DNA from: a virus
Lineage: Duplodnaviria; Caudoviricetes
Strand: one strand, 5' to 3'
Length of the DNA stretch: 64,000 bases
IMG/VR virus record: IMGVR_UViG_3300020577_010931
Coordinates: 1 to 64,000 of that record
Positions 1 to 8,946 of the stretch are shown in pieces. Within the stretch, counting starts at the first letter, position 1. Each line of letters begins with the position of its first letter. Under the pieces are notes generated by a model. That model did no database searches, was not told the DNA's origin, and saw only the letters and a program-made list of their open reading frames with translations. The translations under genes and the position numbers were made by a program.

Positions 1-151
1 TGTCCAGATCGACGGCGGGAGTTTGAACCGTTTCATAGCCGACGAAGACGCGACGAAGAACTGTTTCGCCTCTATTATTCTTGTGGGGACGGAGTTCCAT
101 CTTTGGAATCTGTCGAGTCTTGATGATTTCTCGGATGCGGTCGTAGGGCAT
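1..151 (-). CDS. Hypothetical protein, 3'-truncated by window edge (MPYDRIREIIKTRQIPKMELRPH...)
   Basis: Open minus-strand frame from ATG at 151 to the window edge; not in the ORF track. Confidence 0.4.
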   Translation of the reverse strand, partial: MPYDRIREIIKTRQIPKMELRPHKNNRGETVLRRVFVGYETVQTPAVDLD

Positions 152-464
152 AAAGGGTCGGCCTTGCAAGGTTGCAACTATATGGTGCGCGGCCCGAGTT
201 GGGGGAGCAAGCCGGGAATGGTCTTCCCATGTGGTTTAGAGACTATCGGATTAAAAACGTGATTTGGGGAGAGCGTAGAGGGTTAGAGTTGCAATGATGA
301 GGTCGTCGAGGTCCTTATTGTTGCAGGGCTGAGGTTTATGGAAATAGGTTCGGGAAAAGTCCGTGGGGGCAATGGGTTAGAGGTCAAGGGTAGGGTGGGT
401 CAGGATGGGGGAGCCGTTCAAGGTAGTGGGTGGTGGCGGTGGGGGCTGTAGGGAGGCCTCTAAA

Positions 465-522
465 TTAAAGTGTCATAGTTACTATCGTGCAATATTGCAT
501 ACTTGTAACTATGAGACTTTAA
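465..522. repeat. 18-bp inverted repeat (1 mismatch) around the palindrome TGCAATATTGCA
   Basis: TTAAAGTGTCATAGTTAC 465-482 / GTAACTATGAGACTTTAA 505-522; related TGCAAGGTTGCAACTAT at 165-181 and 627-643. Confidence 0.75.
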
Positions 523-966
523 ACCCGTGGGCTCGCTAGGTAGTGGGTTGTAAGTTGTGGAAAAAGATTTGGCTCAGACACAATAGGTAGTGGGTAGGAG
601 GTCTAGCGGAAATAGTTGTGCTACTGTGCAAGGTTGCAACTATGAGACTTATTCTGCGGGGCTATGTGACGGGTAATAAAGGAACCGTTCAAACACCCTG
701 GGACAGGAGCGACTCAGAGCTCGTCTCGAATTTCTCTGGGTCGAGATGAAACTGACGTCATCAATTTGAACTGACATTTCCATCAACATTTTTCTTCCGT
801 AATATTGAATTCAGAAACGACTATTTACCCCTGTCCCAACGAGAGAAGCAGTGCTAATGTATTTTTACCAGAAACGGTTCCCTCGCCCTTGGGACCCTCT
901 GGGTCTGCCTGCTACCGACCAAAACGAGCCCAAAGACCGTCAAAAGACGTCAAAAGGAGTGCCACC

Positions 967-1923
967 TTGGCTCAAAAAGACCGTTACAAGAGCAAGACGC
1001 CGCCCAACCGACCCCCGCGAACCCCCGAGCCGCCGTATGGTACCTCGGGAAGTTTCGTTCCGCCGGATGGCGATCCGACGGAACCGCCGTTCCCGACCGA
1101 GCTTCCCTCTGGGTCCGAGGCGTCCGCCGACGCTCTCCCGACGCAGACCGGAGCCGAAGAGGCTGACGACGAGGCCGGGGAACACTCTCCGGAGCCCTCC
1201 GATGGCGGCGAAATCATCGTCGACCGCGACGAACAGGTCCTCGAAGAGGCTGAATCTCTCGTCGAACCGCCCTTCGAGCCCCTCGACACGGTCGCCGACC
1301 AGACCGTCCAGCCTGATTCGCCTCCGGAACTCGTAAACGATTTCACCGATGCCAGTGCCGAGCCGGTTCTCGCGGCTGAAGCGCCGCCTGTCGTACCGCC
1401 CCCGGAGACGCAGCCTTCGTCGGGAGTCGAAGTTCCTGTTCCTGTGGCCCCCGCGAGCCCTCCTGTTCCTGCGCCGACAACGGCTGGTGGCAAGAAGGTC
1501 GCCGACAAGCCTCCCGTAGACACTCGGACGAAGAACGAGTCCAGTGTCGACCGTGCGATCGCCAAGGAAGGGCGTCACCTGGGTCGCTTCCGGGACATGA
1601 CGCTGAAGGCCGAGAGCGAGAAGCGCTCTGTCTTCACGCCCATCCTGAACGTGAAGTACACCATCCACCCTCGGCCGGGCGAATTCAAGGACGGGACGGT
1701 CTGGCACGAGTTTCTCAAGGTCTGCAAGGAACTGGCGTCGAAGGCCGAGAACGGCGTCATCACCGGCCAGCAGATCGCCGAGGCATGCGTCGCCCACAAC
1801 TGGACCCACATTCAGCGTGCGAAGTACACGTTGAAGGGTGTTCCGGCTGATGGCTGGATCCTGTCGCTCATCCAGGGCGGTCCGACCTCGAAATACCGCA
1901 TCCTGAAGCGCGTCGAAGGCTGA
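967..1923 (+). CDS. Paralogue family member P1: disordered acidic/Pro-rich N-terminus plus conserved C-terminal (wHTH-like) domain
   Basis: AGGAG RBS then TTG at 967; C-terminus TVW..AHNW..KYT..GWI.SL..G.PT.K.YR aligns with P2-P4. Confidence 0.8.
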   Translation: MAQKDRYKSKTPPNRPPRTPEPPYGTSGSFVPPDGDPTEPPFPTELPSGSEASADALPTQTGAEEADDEAGEHSPEPSDGGEIIVDRDEQVLEEAESLVEPPFEPLDTVADQTVQPDSPPELVNDFTDASAEPVLAAEAPPVVPPPETQPSSGVEVPVPVAPASPPVPAPTTAGGKKVADKPPVDTRTKNESSVDRAIAKEGRHLGRFRDMTLKAESEKRSVFTPILNVKYTIHPRPGEFKDGTVWHEFLKVCKELASKAENGVITGQQIAEACVAHNWTHIQRAKYTLKGVPADGWILSLIQGGPTSKYRILKRVEG

Positions 1924-1945
1924 GGGCTGCAGACTTCACCTTCGC

Positions 1946-1989
1946 CGGCGGGACCCATTGCGCCTCTGGGTCCCGCCGATTTCATTTTT
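1946..1989 (+). terminator. Intrinsic terminator after P1
   Basis: GGCGGGACCCA/TGGGTCCCGCC stem then TTTCATTTTT. Confidence 0.7.
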
Positions 1990-2177
1990 CCGCCGGCTGG
2001 GTTTCACTGTCACCCTTAGACGCAGACCGGGAATCATTTTTCTCTTTTCTGCGTCAGACGCATCTGTCAACTTTCCGTTTCGCATCAATGGACGAAATTG
2101 ACCACGGTTGAGCTCATTTGAGCTCCTGGGTCCTCGTGAGCTCAGACTGAGCTCACCTCTGACAACCACGATTAGTT

Positions 2178-2236
2178 TGACCTACCCGTATGAGCTCAGA
2201 CCGGCTACCCTACGGTTGCTGGCGCTTGGCCAGCGT
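2178..2236 (+). promoter_or_regulatory. Early promoter cassette copy 1
   Basis: TGACCT-N9-AGCTCA-N7-TACCCT, hairpin GCTGGC/GCCAGC, RBS GAGG. Confidence 0.75.
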
Positions 2237-2256
2237 CCAACCGAGGATGCCACCTC

Positions 2257-2655
2257 ATGTCTCGTAAATCAAAAGCGAACCTCGTTGGCGGGAGCAGCAT
2301 CTACGCGATGCAGACGCCTCCTCACGAGGCCGTCGCGGTCGCGTCGGAGCCCCGCCCATGGAACCCGACGCCTCCCCACGACGTCGACACCTACATCAAT
2401 ATGCGGGAGTTGATGACGAAGAGGGAGTTCTTGGAGTGGTGCGTCCTGCACAAACTTCGGGCTCATGGTCATCTCTGGCAGCCGATGTTCGCATACCAGG
2501 ATGGATACGAACATCGTCCTGTGGCGATCTTCATTCCGAACTACAACGCGAAGCCGACGGAAGACGGCGAGGCTCGTGGTCGCGGCATCTTCATTGACGC
2601 TCTCGGTGACCAGAAGTACGCTTCCTGGGCCGAGAAGCTGAAGGAGAACATCTGA
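2257..2655 (+). CDS. Hypothetical protein
   Basis: ATG with RBS downstream of cassette; coupled to the next gene. Confidence 0.75.
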   Translation: MSRKSKANLVGGSSIYAMQTPPHEAVAVASEPRPWNPTPPHDVDTYINMRELMTKREFLEWCVLHKLRAHGHLWQPMFAYQDGYEHRPVAIFIPNYNAKPTEDGEARGRGIFIDALGDQKYASWAEKLKENI

Positions 2656-2888
2656 TGCGTACCGTGATGGCCCACGCGACACCCGTCGAGCTGTCGAACG
2701 CGGCAGCCGACGAATTCGACAAGATCGTTGGTCTCAACCGACAGATCGCGATGAACATCCTCTCCAAAGAGGACAAGGACGATCGCATCTTCGAGATCCA
2801 GCGTCAGCTCGAGGCGACGATCCGCGAGAAGGCGTTCGAGCAGTTCCTGCTCATCCTCTGGGGTGATCTCGACCCGCCGCCGGCCTGA
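2655..2888 (+). CDS. Hypothetical helical protein
   Basis: TGATG overlap with upstream ORF. Confidence 0.7.
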   Translation: MRTVMAHATPVELSNAAADEFDKIVGLNRQIAMNILSKEDKDDRIFEIQRQLEATIREKAFEQFLLILWGDLDPPPA

Positions 2889-2903
2889 CGACTGCGACCA
2901 CTA

Positions 2904-2960
2904 TGAGCTAGCGGTAGGACCTCAGAAGCCCTACCCTAGCCGTAGTGGCAGTTTCGCCAC
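2904..2960 (+). promoter_or_regulatory. Early promoter cassette copy 2
   Basis: TGAGCT-N9-ACCTCA-N7-TACCCT, hairpin GTGGC/GCCAC, GGAG. Confidence 0.8.
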
Positions 2961-2977
2961 GGCACGGAGTACCTGAA

Positions 2978-3223
2978 ATGACCACCCAGATCACCGACCT
3001 GCGCCATCTGGCGCCGTCGACCTGCAACCTCCGCATCTTCACCGACGTGACCCCGGCCCAGGTCGGCGAGTACTGCGAGAAGAACAATCTCTCGCTCGGA
3101 TACGCGGTGTTCCCGTGGGAGGAACTCCACCACAACGAGCGGAAGGACGCCGACGGCAGGCCCGCTGTGGTCGGTATCTACTATCACAACGAGAAGATCC
3201 TCTATCTCGTGAACCAGGACTAA
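2978..3223 (+). CDS. Hypothetical protein
   Basis: GGAG then ATG at 2978. Confidence 0.75.
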   Translation: MTTQITDLRHLAPSTCNLRIFTDVTPAQVGEYCEKNNLSLGYAVFPWEELHHNERKDADGRPAVVGIYYHNEKILYLVNQD

Positions 3224-3227
3224 CGCC

Positions 3228-3569
3228 ATGACCGGCATCATCAAAGCGACGATCCTGTCGCAGCTCGCTCGCGCACCCGTCGGGGTGCGCGAGGCAGTGC
3301 GGGACCATCTCAACGGGACCTCCCGCATGCGGACCCTGGGCGAGCAGTACGAAGCCATCAAGGGCGCGTTCGGCTACGATGCGAACCAGATGCTCGCTCA
3401 TCTGCGTGGGGCGTATCTCGCGTACACCTCGATGCAGAGTGAGATGAACGAGAAGGTTGCGGCCTTCAAGTTCATGATTCAGATCTGTGAGGCCGATCTG
3501 AGGGGCGACAACGGCCTCGCCATCCAGGACCTGCGCGCAGGTCCCGAACCGAGAGGACTTCGTTCATGA
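3228..3569 (+). CDS. Hypothetical protein
   Basis: In operon; ATGA overlap with next ORF. Confidence 0.7.
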   Translation: MTGIIKATILSQLARAPVGVREAVRDHLNGTSRMRTLGEQYEAIKGAFGYDANQMLAHLRGAYLAYTSMQSEMNEKVAAFKFMIQICEADLRGDNGLAIQDLRAGPEPRGLRS

Positions 3570-3934
3570 GCAGCAACGGAACCCGTGCTAGCTGGCGTCG
3601 GTTGGCGCCAGCGGGAGCGAGCAAGGGGGACGATAAGATTCGTCCCGAGGCGTGGAAGTCTCACAACCTCTACGTGCTCAAAGACCCGAGCTCGGATACA
3701 CTCTACATTTGGAGCGAACGCATCCACAAGGTGATGCGCATCCGCGGTGAGCAGCGCGTCGTCTCCCACTACAATGCGAGGGAGAAGCCTTCCCTTGGGT
3801 CCCTGGGTGGGATGTCCTTGGTGGCGATGATCGAGTGGCAGCACTTCGATGCGCCGCACCCGAGCCCAGCCCACGGCATCAAGCAGGGACCGGGGAGCCA
3901 GTTCCTGAAGTCCAGGCCAGCTCAAGCGGTGTAA
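3566..3934 (+). CDS. Hypothetical protein
   Basis: Coupled ORF ending before a large hairpin. Confidence 0.65.
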   Translation: MSSNGTRASWRRLAPAGASKGDDKIRPEAWKSHNLYVLKDPSSDTLYIWSERIHKVMRIRGEQRVVSHYNAREKPSLGSLGGMSLVAMIEWQHFDAPHPSPAHGIKQGPGSQFLKSRPAQAV

Positions 3935-3954
3935 CAACGACGCGTTTAGGAGGC

Positions 3955-4017
3955 CCGTGGGGGCCTCCGGCTTGGCGGGTACTGCGGTAGCCCAAGCCAA
4001 GCCGGAGGCCCCCACGG
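3955..4017. repeat. Perfect 22-bp inverted repeat between convergent genes
   Basis: CCGTGGGGGCCTCCGGCTTGGC 3955-3976 / GCCAAGCCGGAGGCCCCCACGG 3996-4017. Confidence 0.85.
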
Positions 4018-4050
4018 AGCATTTGTGGTGTGGGGATGTGGTCTCAAGCC
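4017..4050. promoter_or_regulatory. Dispersed 34-bp motif, copy 1
   Basis: GAGCATTTGTGGTGTGG-N7-GTCTCAAGCC, also at 60928-60961. Confidence 0.7.
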
Positions 4051-4069
4051 CCCATGCCACTTAGCTGGC

Positions 4070-4333
4070 CTACTGTGCCAGCGAGCTTTCCCAGGGGAAG
4101 ATCATACTCATCTGGGACTCACCCTCGATACGATATCGATTACCATCCTGGTGGATGATGAAATCGAAATCGTCTGTCGCCTCAACCTGCATCGCGATAC
4201 GCTCGGTTCCAACGAAATAGAACCCGTCCGCGAGGACCTCGGTTCCATTCTCTTCGTCGGGGATCTTGACGTAGAAGGTGTCAAGGGTAGCTCGTAGTTC
4301 CCTACTCGAACCTATGTGCATGGACTGGACCAA
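4070..4333 (-). CDS. Acidic beta-rich hypothetical protein (start uncertain)
   Basis: Plausible ORF with genome-typical codon use. Confidence 0.5.
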   Translation of the reverse strand: MVQSMHIGSSRELRATLDTFYVKIPDEENGTEVLADGFYFVGTERIAMQVEATDDFDFIIHQDGNRYRIEGESQMSMIFPWESSLAQ

Positions 4334-4403
4334 CCCCCTTTCCAGATAAGTATTTTACCACCGCTGAATTCCAGGTGTTAGTCTTATAAACTCTCATCTA
4401 ATC

Positions 4404-4520
4404 TGGAACGCTTTACTTGGAGCAAAGTAACGCACTACTTGGAGTGTAGTAACGTTTTACTCAAGCGCAAGTAATAAATACTCAGGCCAAGTAACGCTTT
4501 ACTCCGCCCCAAGTAACGAC
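4404..4520. repeat. Array of AGTAA-N4/5-(T)TACT palindromic units with about 22-bp period
   Basis: AGTAA at 4426, 4448, 4470, 4490, 4512; TACT at 4414, 4436, 4458, 4479, 4500. Confidence 0.8.
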
Positions 4521-4552
4521 GCGCGTGCCTGCCGGAGCTCAATCTCCTGGGT

Positions 4553-4586
4553 CAAAAAGAGAGGGGGCGGATGCCCCCGCCCCCTC
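4553..4586 (-). terminator. Intrinsic terminator after P2
   Basis: GAGGGGGCGG/CCGCCCCCTC stem with minus-strand T tract. Confidence 0.7.
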
Positions 4587-4618
4587 AAGTCTGCCCGCCC
4601 CTGCCGATAAGGCGGGCG

Positions 4619-5560
4619 TTACGCCGCCTTCGCCGGCATCTGGTTCGCCGCGACCCGCTCGACGCACCGGAAGTTCTTGCTCGGCGCGCCGGCCACGAGG
4701 CTATGGATCCAGCCCGTGTAGGCCACCTCGTCCACCGGGTCGTACTTCGGACGGGCACCGCCCTTCACGAAGTCGTGGACGTACAGAGCGTTGAACAGGG
4801 CCTGGGCGGAGAAGATCCCGCCCTCGTTGGCCTTGCTCAGCTCGCCGGCCACCGCCGCGACCTGGCCCCACACCGACGTCGGCCGGGAGCCGTTCCCGGG
4901 CAGCGCCCGGAACATGTCGCCGCTGTTCTTGACGGCGTGGCCCGCCTTGACCGCCCGATCGAGCATCCGGAAGTTGGAGGTATCCGGCTTGTCGCGGGTC
5001 GCCTCGTTCTGGGCGCCGCGCTTGTGCGCGATCTGGTGCTTGGTCGGGTCACGCGCCTCGGGCGCCTGGAGCTTCGGGCCGGTGTCGGTGCTCTCGTCGG
5101 GCTTGTCGTCCGCCGAGCCGTCGGTGGCCGTGTTCTCCTGGGTCCCTTCGGCCGCGCCGGCCGTCTGGCCGTCGGTGCCGCTGTCGCCCTCGTGCATGCC
5201 GTTGGTCACCTCCGGGCTGTTCTCGCCGGAGGGGATGGCCGCATCGCCGCCCGCCTCGCTGTTGACGCCGCCCTGGTCGTTCTCGACGATGGCCGCGACC
5301 TGCTCCTCGGTGAGGGGCGTCGTGCCGGTCTCGGTCACCAGGATGGCGCCGCCCTGCGAGAGCGCGTCGGCGAGGTTGCCGACCTGGTCCCCGGTGATCG
5401 TCTCCGGGTGCTTCTCGAGCGACAGGGTGCTCTTGGTCTCGGTCGTGTCGGGCGCCGCCTTGGTTTCCGCCTTGGTTTCCGCCGCCGGGTGCTTCGGCTC
5501 GACGCGATGCGCCTTGCCGGAGCTGATGCCACGACCGATGTTCTGATTCGGCTTCTTCAT
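4619..5560 (-). CDS. Paralogue family member P2
   Basis: GAGGA RBS, ATG at 5560; C-terminal GNGS..SVWGQV..QALFNALYVH..PKY..YTGWI..GA..K.F.C. Confidence 0.85.
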   Translation of the reverse strand: MKKPNQNIGRGISSGKAHRVEPKHPAAETKAETKAAPDTTETKSTLSLEKHPETITGDQVGNLADALSQGGAILVTETGTTPLTEEQVAAIVENDQGGVNSEAGGDAAIPSGENSPEVTNGMHEGDSGTDGQTAGAAEGTQENTATDGSADDKPDESTDTGPKLQAPEARDPTKHQIAHKRGAQNEATRDKPDTSNFRMLDRAVKAGHAVKNSGDMFRALPGNGSRPTSVWGQVAAVAGELSKANEGGIFSAQALFNALYVHDFVKGGARPKYDPVDEVAYTGWIHSLVAGAPSKNFRCVERVAANQMPAKAA

Positions 5561-5860
5561 CGCCGTAGTTCCTCTGCTTTGGTTGTTCAACATCCGCGGC
5601 GGGGGATCCCGCCTGGGCAGTGGCGTCCGCCGTGCTGCCTTACCCCCAACGTAGGGGTTCTGACATCACAGTAAAACAGAATTTTGCTCCGTATCGCTCG
5701 CGTGTGAGCAAATAGTTGTCGGCAGATTCTGCGGACCTCAATCAACTCTGTTTGAGCTCAGGGGTAGCTGGTACCGCCTTGTTCCGAGGCAGGGTACCGC
5801 GTACCTTATACGTATGCGGTACAGCCGCCTTCGCGACTGCCGCAGTATGGGAGTAGCATC

Positions 5861-6130
5861 ATGGGACGTGAGCATCTGGTGTCAACCTCGGTCAACATCC
5901 CTGCCGAACTCCATGCTCGGGCCAAGCGCATCTTCGACGTGGTCGGTATCACCATGTCGGAGGTGATCGTCGGTCGGCTTCGCGGGTATGTCGAAGAGAC
6001 CGAGGCCGCGCTCGGCGACGACCTGAAGGCCGTGGTCGACATGGAGGCGGAGGTCGCCCTCCGTCGCAAGAAGATCAGCGAGCGGCTGGCTTCCGCCGGC
6101 GGAGTTTCCGATGGCCAAAGTCAGACGTGA
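5861..6130 (+). CDS. Ribbon-helix-helix (Arc/CopG/RelB-like) DNA-binding protein
   Basis: TSVNIPAELHARAKRIFDVVGITMSEVI strand-helix-helix pattern; GGAG RBS. Confidence 0.6.
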   Translation: MGREHLVSTSVNIPAELHARAKRIFDVVGITMSEVIVGRLRGYVEETEAALGDDLKAVVDMEAEVALRRKKISERLASAGGVSDGQSQT

Positions 6131-6368
6131 CGTGGGGGCTCTCACGTCGTACTTCAAGGCGGTCGCACTGATCGCTCTTGGAGCAGCCATCGGCGGGACG
6201 ATCATAGGTGTCTGGCAGCCCGGCTATCGTCTTCGTCCGCATGAGTCACACTGGATGACGTGTGACGAACTCAAGTGGACAGACGAGCACTCGGCCACCA
6301 GACTCCCGAGAGCCTCGTGGATGAATCAGTGTGGATACATACCGGAAGGGGTGGTTACATCAGACTGA
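6111..6368 (+). CDS. Small single-TM protein
   Basis: Hydrophobic AVALIALGAAIGGTIIGVW. Confidence 0.6.
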   Translation: MAKVRRDVGALTSYFKAVALIALGAAIGGTIIGVWQPGYRLRPHESHWMTCDELKWTDEHSATRLPRASWMNQCGYIPEGVVTSD

Positions 6369-6440
6369 ACACAATGACATTGGCCTGCGATTTCAAACCG
6401 GGCACACTTTTTATGGTGCCAACCAACGGAGTCGCAGGCC

Positions 6441-6530
6441 ATGTCTGACAGTGTCGTTCTCTTCGTCGCAACAGTGGCTGGAGTCATTGCTGCTTTCGTG
6501 CATTTCTTCATCTTCGGGGTGATGTACTGA
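6441..6530 (+). CDS. 29-aa hydrophobic peptide
   Basis: MSDSVVLFVATVAGVIAAFVHFFIFGVMY; stop overlaps next ATG. Confidence 0.5.
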   Translation: MSDSVVLFVATVAGVIAAFVHFFIFGVMY

Positions 6531-6931
6531 TGCCGACCAGCGTATTGACCCCGACGCTTCAGCTCGTGTCTCACGCGCTGGACACCTTCCGTATGGTCGT
6601 GTTCGTTCACGAACCGCTGAGAATCATGCAAGGCCTCGAGTCCTGGGCTGTCGAGGACCTCATCGAACGACACGCCGAGTGGGCTGAGAACCTCGAGGAT
6701 CCGAGCAAGCAGCCGGCCTTCGGAGTCTGGCTGGGCCAGGATTTCAGCCGGCGGAATTTCAGACTCGACACCGAGAGTGCCGTGCCGCGCTTTCTGTTTC
6801 GTATGCGAGCGTATGAGCTGATGTGGCTGGACATCCCCCAGACGAGGGGGTTCTTGATCAGGCCATGCTCAGGTCAGTATTTGAAGGCTCCGCCCGGCGA
6901 CCTCTGGGCCATCGCACTGCTCGTCGAATGA
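6530..6931 (+). CDS. Hypothetical protein
   Basis: ORF ending just before cassette copy 3. Confidence 0.65.
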   Translation: MPTSVLTPTLQLVSHALDTFRMVVFVHEPLRIMQGLESWAVEDLIERHAEWAENLEDPSKQPAFGVWLGQDFSRRNFRLDTESAVPRFLFRMRAYELMWLDIPQTRGFLIRPCSGQYLKAPPGDLWAIALLVE

Positions 6932-6937
6932 ACTGAT

Positions 6938-6994
6938 TGAGCATGCGGTATGACGTCGGTCTTGGTACCGTACACATACCGCATGCCCGCGGTT
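6938..6994 (+). promoter_or_regulatory. Early promoter cassette copy 3
   Basis: TGAGCA-N9-ACGTCG-N7-TACCGT, hairpin ACCGC/GCGGT, GGAG. Confidence 0.75.
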
Positions 6995-7010
6995 CAACTG
7001 GAGCGTTCCA

Positions 7011-7349
7011 ATGGCCTACAATGAGACCCATCGCATCGGCCCCTGGCGGACGAAGCATCACAACTTCAAGAGCGTCGTGCTCACCGTGGTGAAGGGGAAG
7101 AATCATTGCATGATCTTCCTCTGCGAGGACGACTATCACCGCACGCAGATCATGCCGCTGACGGTGGACACCCCGCACGTCCACGCGAAGAAGCCGCGGT
7201 CGGTGGTCGTGCGTAACGAGGGGAAGGCCGAGGGGTGCTACGACATGCTCCTCTGCCATAACATCGTGGAGATGGGCGACGAGGCGGTGGTCGTGAGCCG
7301 CGTCGGGTGCCGCGACCTGGTGCTTCCCATCTGCGACCTGCTCGTGTAA
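7011..7349 (+). CDS. Hypothetical protein
   Basis: GGAG RBS, ATG at 7011. Confidence 0.75.
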   Translation: MAYNETHRIGPWRTKHHNFKSVVLTVVKGKNHCMIFLCEDDYHRTQIMPLTVDTPHVHAKKPRSVVVRNEGKAEGCYDMLLCHNIVEMGDEAVVVSRVGCRDLVLPICDLLV

Positions 7350-7360
7350 CGGAGGTCAAT

Positions 7361-7738
7361 ATGTCCACTCATTGTCGCGTTGGTCGGGTGGTCTTCCCAC
7401 CCAAGGATGTGATCGGGACGCCCCGGAGCCCCGGCGTCCTTGTGTTCAGCATCTACTGTCACTTCGACGGTGACAGTGTGGGTGAGGTGCTCAAGCTCCA
7501 CTACACCGACGAGGAGCGTGTTCGTCAGCTCATCGATGGCGGTGACGTATCGCTCATCGACGCGGCCGGCTGGGAACCCTACGACCCTGAGGGGCAGCCT
7601 CACACCCAGGACTTTGCCAATTTCGGCAACGATGTTCTCGAGGGTCCGTACTTCTATCTCTTCGTCCCTGGGTACGGATGGCTTCAGAAGGGCGAGGAAG
7701 TGACGGCCAACGGCAACCCGAAGTGGGAGGCGTTCTGA
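7361..7738 (+). CDS. Conserved-looking phage hypothetical protein (SIYCHFDG motif)
   Basis: GGAGG RBS; motif recalled from small phage proteins. Confidence 0.75.
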   Translation: MSTHCRVGRVVFPPKDVIGTPRSPGVLVFSIYCHFDGDSVGEVLKLHYTDEERVRQLIDGGDVSLIDAAGWEPYDPEGQPHTQDFANFGNDVLEGPYFYLFVPGYGWLQKGEEVTANGNPKWEAF

Positions 7739-7763
7739 ACACATTGATAGTGGCAGAGCTGAT

Positions 7764-7822
7764 TGACCTAGCGGTAGGAAGTCAGTTCTGCCACTATAGC
7801 CATACCGCGCAGGGGCGCGGTG
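7764..7822 (+). promoter_or_regulatory. Early promoter cassette copy 4
   Basis: TGACCT-N9-AAGTCA-N7-CACTAT, hairpin ACCGCGC/GCGCGGT, GGAG. Confidence 0.8.
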
Positions 7823-7840
7823 AACAGAGGAGTACCCGCC

Positions 7841-8188
7841 ATGAACCGTGACTCTGGTATCTTCCCAGCGCGACGCGTCATCGCCGGCTGGACCACGAAG
7901 TACAGCCCGACGCCGCAGGACGTCGTTCTCACCATGCTGAAGTATCCCGCCGACGAGCGGCAGCTCGCGCTCGTCGTGAGCGCGCCGGACGGCGAGCGGC
8001 TCTGCACCGCCAGCGTCTGCCTGGAGGGCTTCAAGCCCTCGAAGCTCGGCGAGGTGGCGATCAAGAACTGGTCCGAGAACGAGGGGGTCTACGAGGCCCT
8101 CCTCGCGGCCAACGTCATCTACCCGGCACACGCGAAGTTCCCGACGGGCTTCGTCGAGGCCCTGATCTGCCAGCTCAAGGGGCAGTGA
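7841..8188 (+). CDS. Hypothetical protein (DUF4313-like C-terminus)
   Basis: IKNWSENEG..L..A.VI.P..TGFV...C motif. Confidence 0.65.
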   Translation: MNRDSGIFPARRVIAGWTTKYSPTPQDVVLTMLKYPADERQLALVVSAPDGERLCTASVCLEGFKPSKLGEVAIKNWSENEGVYEALLAANVIYPAHAKFPTGFVEALICQLKGQ

Positions 8189-8233
8189 CACAACAGAGGG
8201 CCTCCCTTCGGGGAGGCCATTAAGGAGGCAGTC

Positions 8234-8608
8234 ATGAGCGACGAAGTGCAGGATCCCAATCCGGAGTTCGGGCCGGTCGCGTTGGTCCCGGTGAGCCAGT
8301 GGGTCTTCAATCTCTACAGGGTCCAGTTCTGGACGGATGAGACCAAGACCCGGCTGGCTCTCGATTATCCGGTCTTCTGTCAGACGACTGATACCCATAT
8401 CAAGGGCGAAGTCGAGGATCGCTGGCCCAACGACACTGCGAAGTGGGCCTCCTGGGAAGTCGTTAAGGAGAACATCGGCAACACGAGGGTCGTGGGTCAG
8501 TTCTACAATCTTCCCATCAATGAGGATGGGTGGACCGCGGGTGAGGCCATGGCCGAGCGGCTGGGTTTCAAGGATCAATGGCGCCGCGAGCGCTTCGGGA
8601 GGATGTGA
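8234..8608 (+). CDS. Hypothetical protein
   Basis: GGAGG RBS. Confidence 0.75.
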   Translation: MSDEVQDPNPEFGPVALVPVSQWVFNLYRVQFWTDETKTRLALDYPVFCQTTDTHIKGEVEDRWPNDTAKWASWEVVKENIGNTRVVGQFYNLPINEDGWTAGEAMAERLGFKDQWRRERFGRM

Positions 8609-8946
8609 TGGGTCGCGCATATTCGGACGATGAGGAAGCCAACCTCCGGGATGAGATGAACGAGGACGCCTCGGATGAGGAGGAAGAGGAGCATCCCGAT
8701 GACGAGATGGATGACATCTATGGCCCGGACGGTGAGGTGATCTACTCGCCGTGGTACGAGGCCCAGAAGGTGGAGCGTAAGTGTCAGGGCTGCTGCTCGA
8801 TCTTCATGGGAATGCCCGACCACGGATACTGCGATCGGTGCGCTGATATCATCGAGCGAGGCGGGGAGTACCCCGTCTGTGAGGAACACGACGAGGAGTC
8901 CATGGAGGACCATCTCAAACAGAAGTATGGGGAGAGTGATCTCTGA
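8608..8946 (+). CDS. Highly acidic protein with CxxC..CxxC zinc finger
   Basis: D/E-rich N-terminus; CQGC..CDRC. Confidence 0.7.
   Translation: MGRAYSDDEEANLRDEMNEDASDEEEEEHPDDEMDDIYGPDGEVIYSPWYEAQKVERKCQGCCSIFMGMPDHGYCDRCADIIERGGEYPVCEEHDEESMEDHLKQKYGESDL

Noticed and set aside
4404-4520. CRISPR array (also considered for 12320-12645 and 48321-48483)
   Set aside because: Units are too short or degenerate, with no unique 30-40 nt spacers and no cas genes
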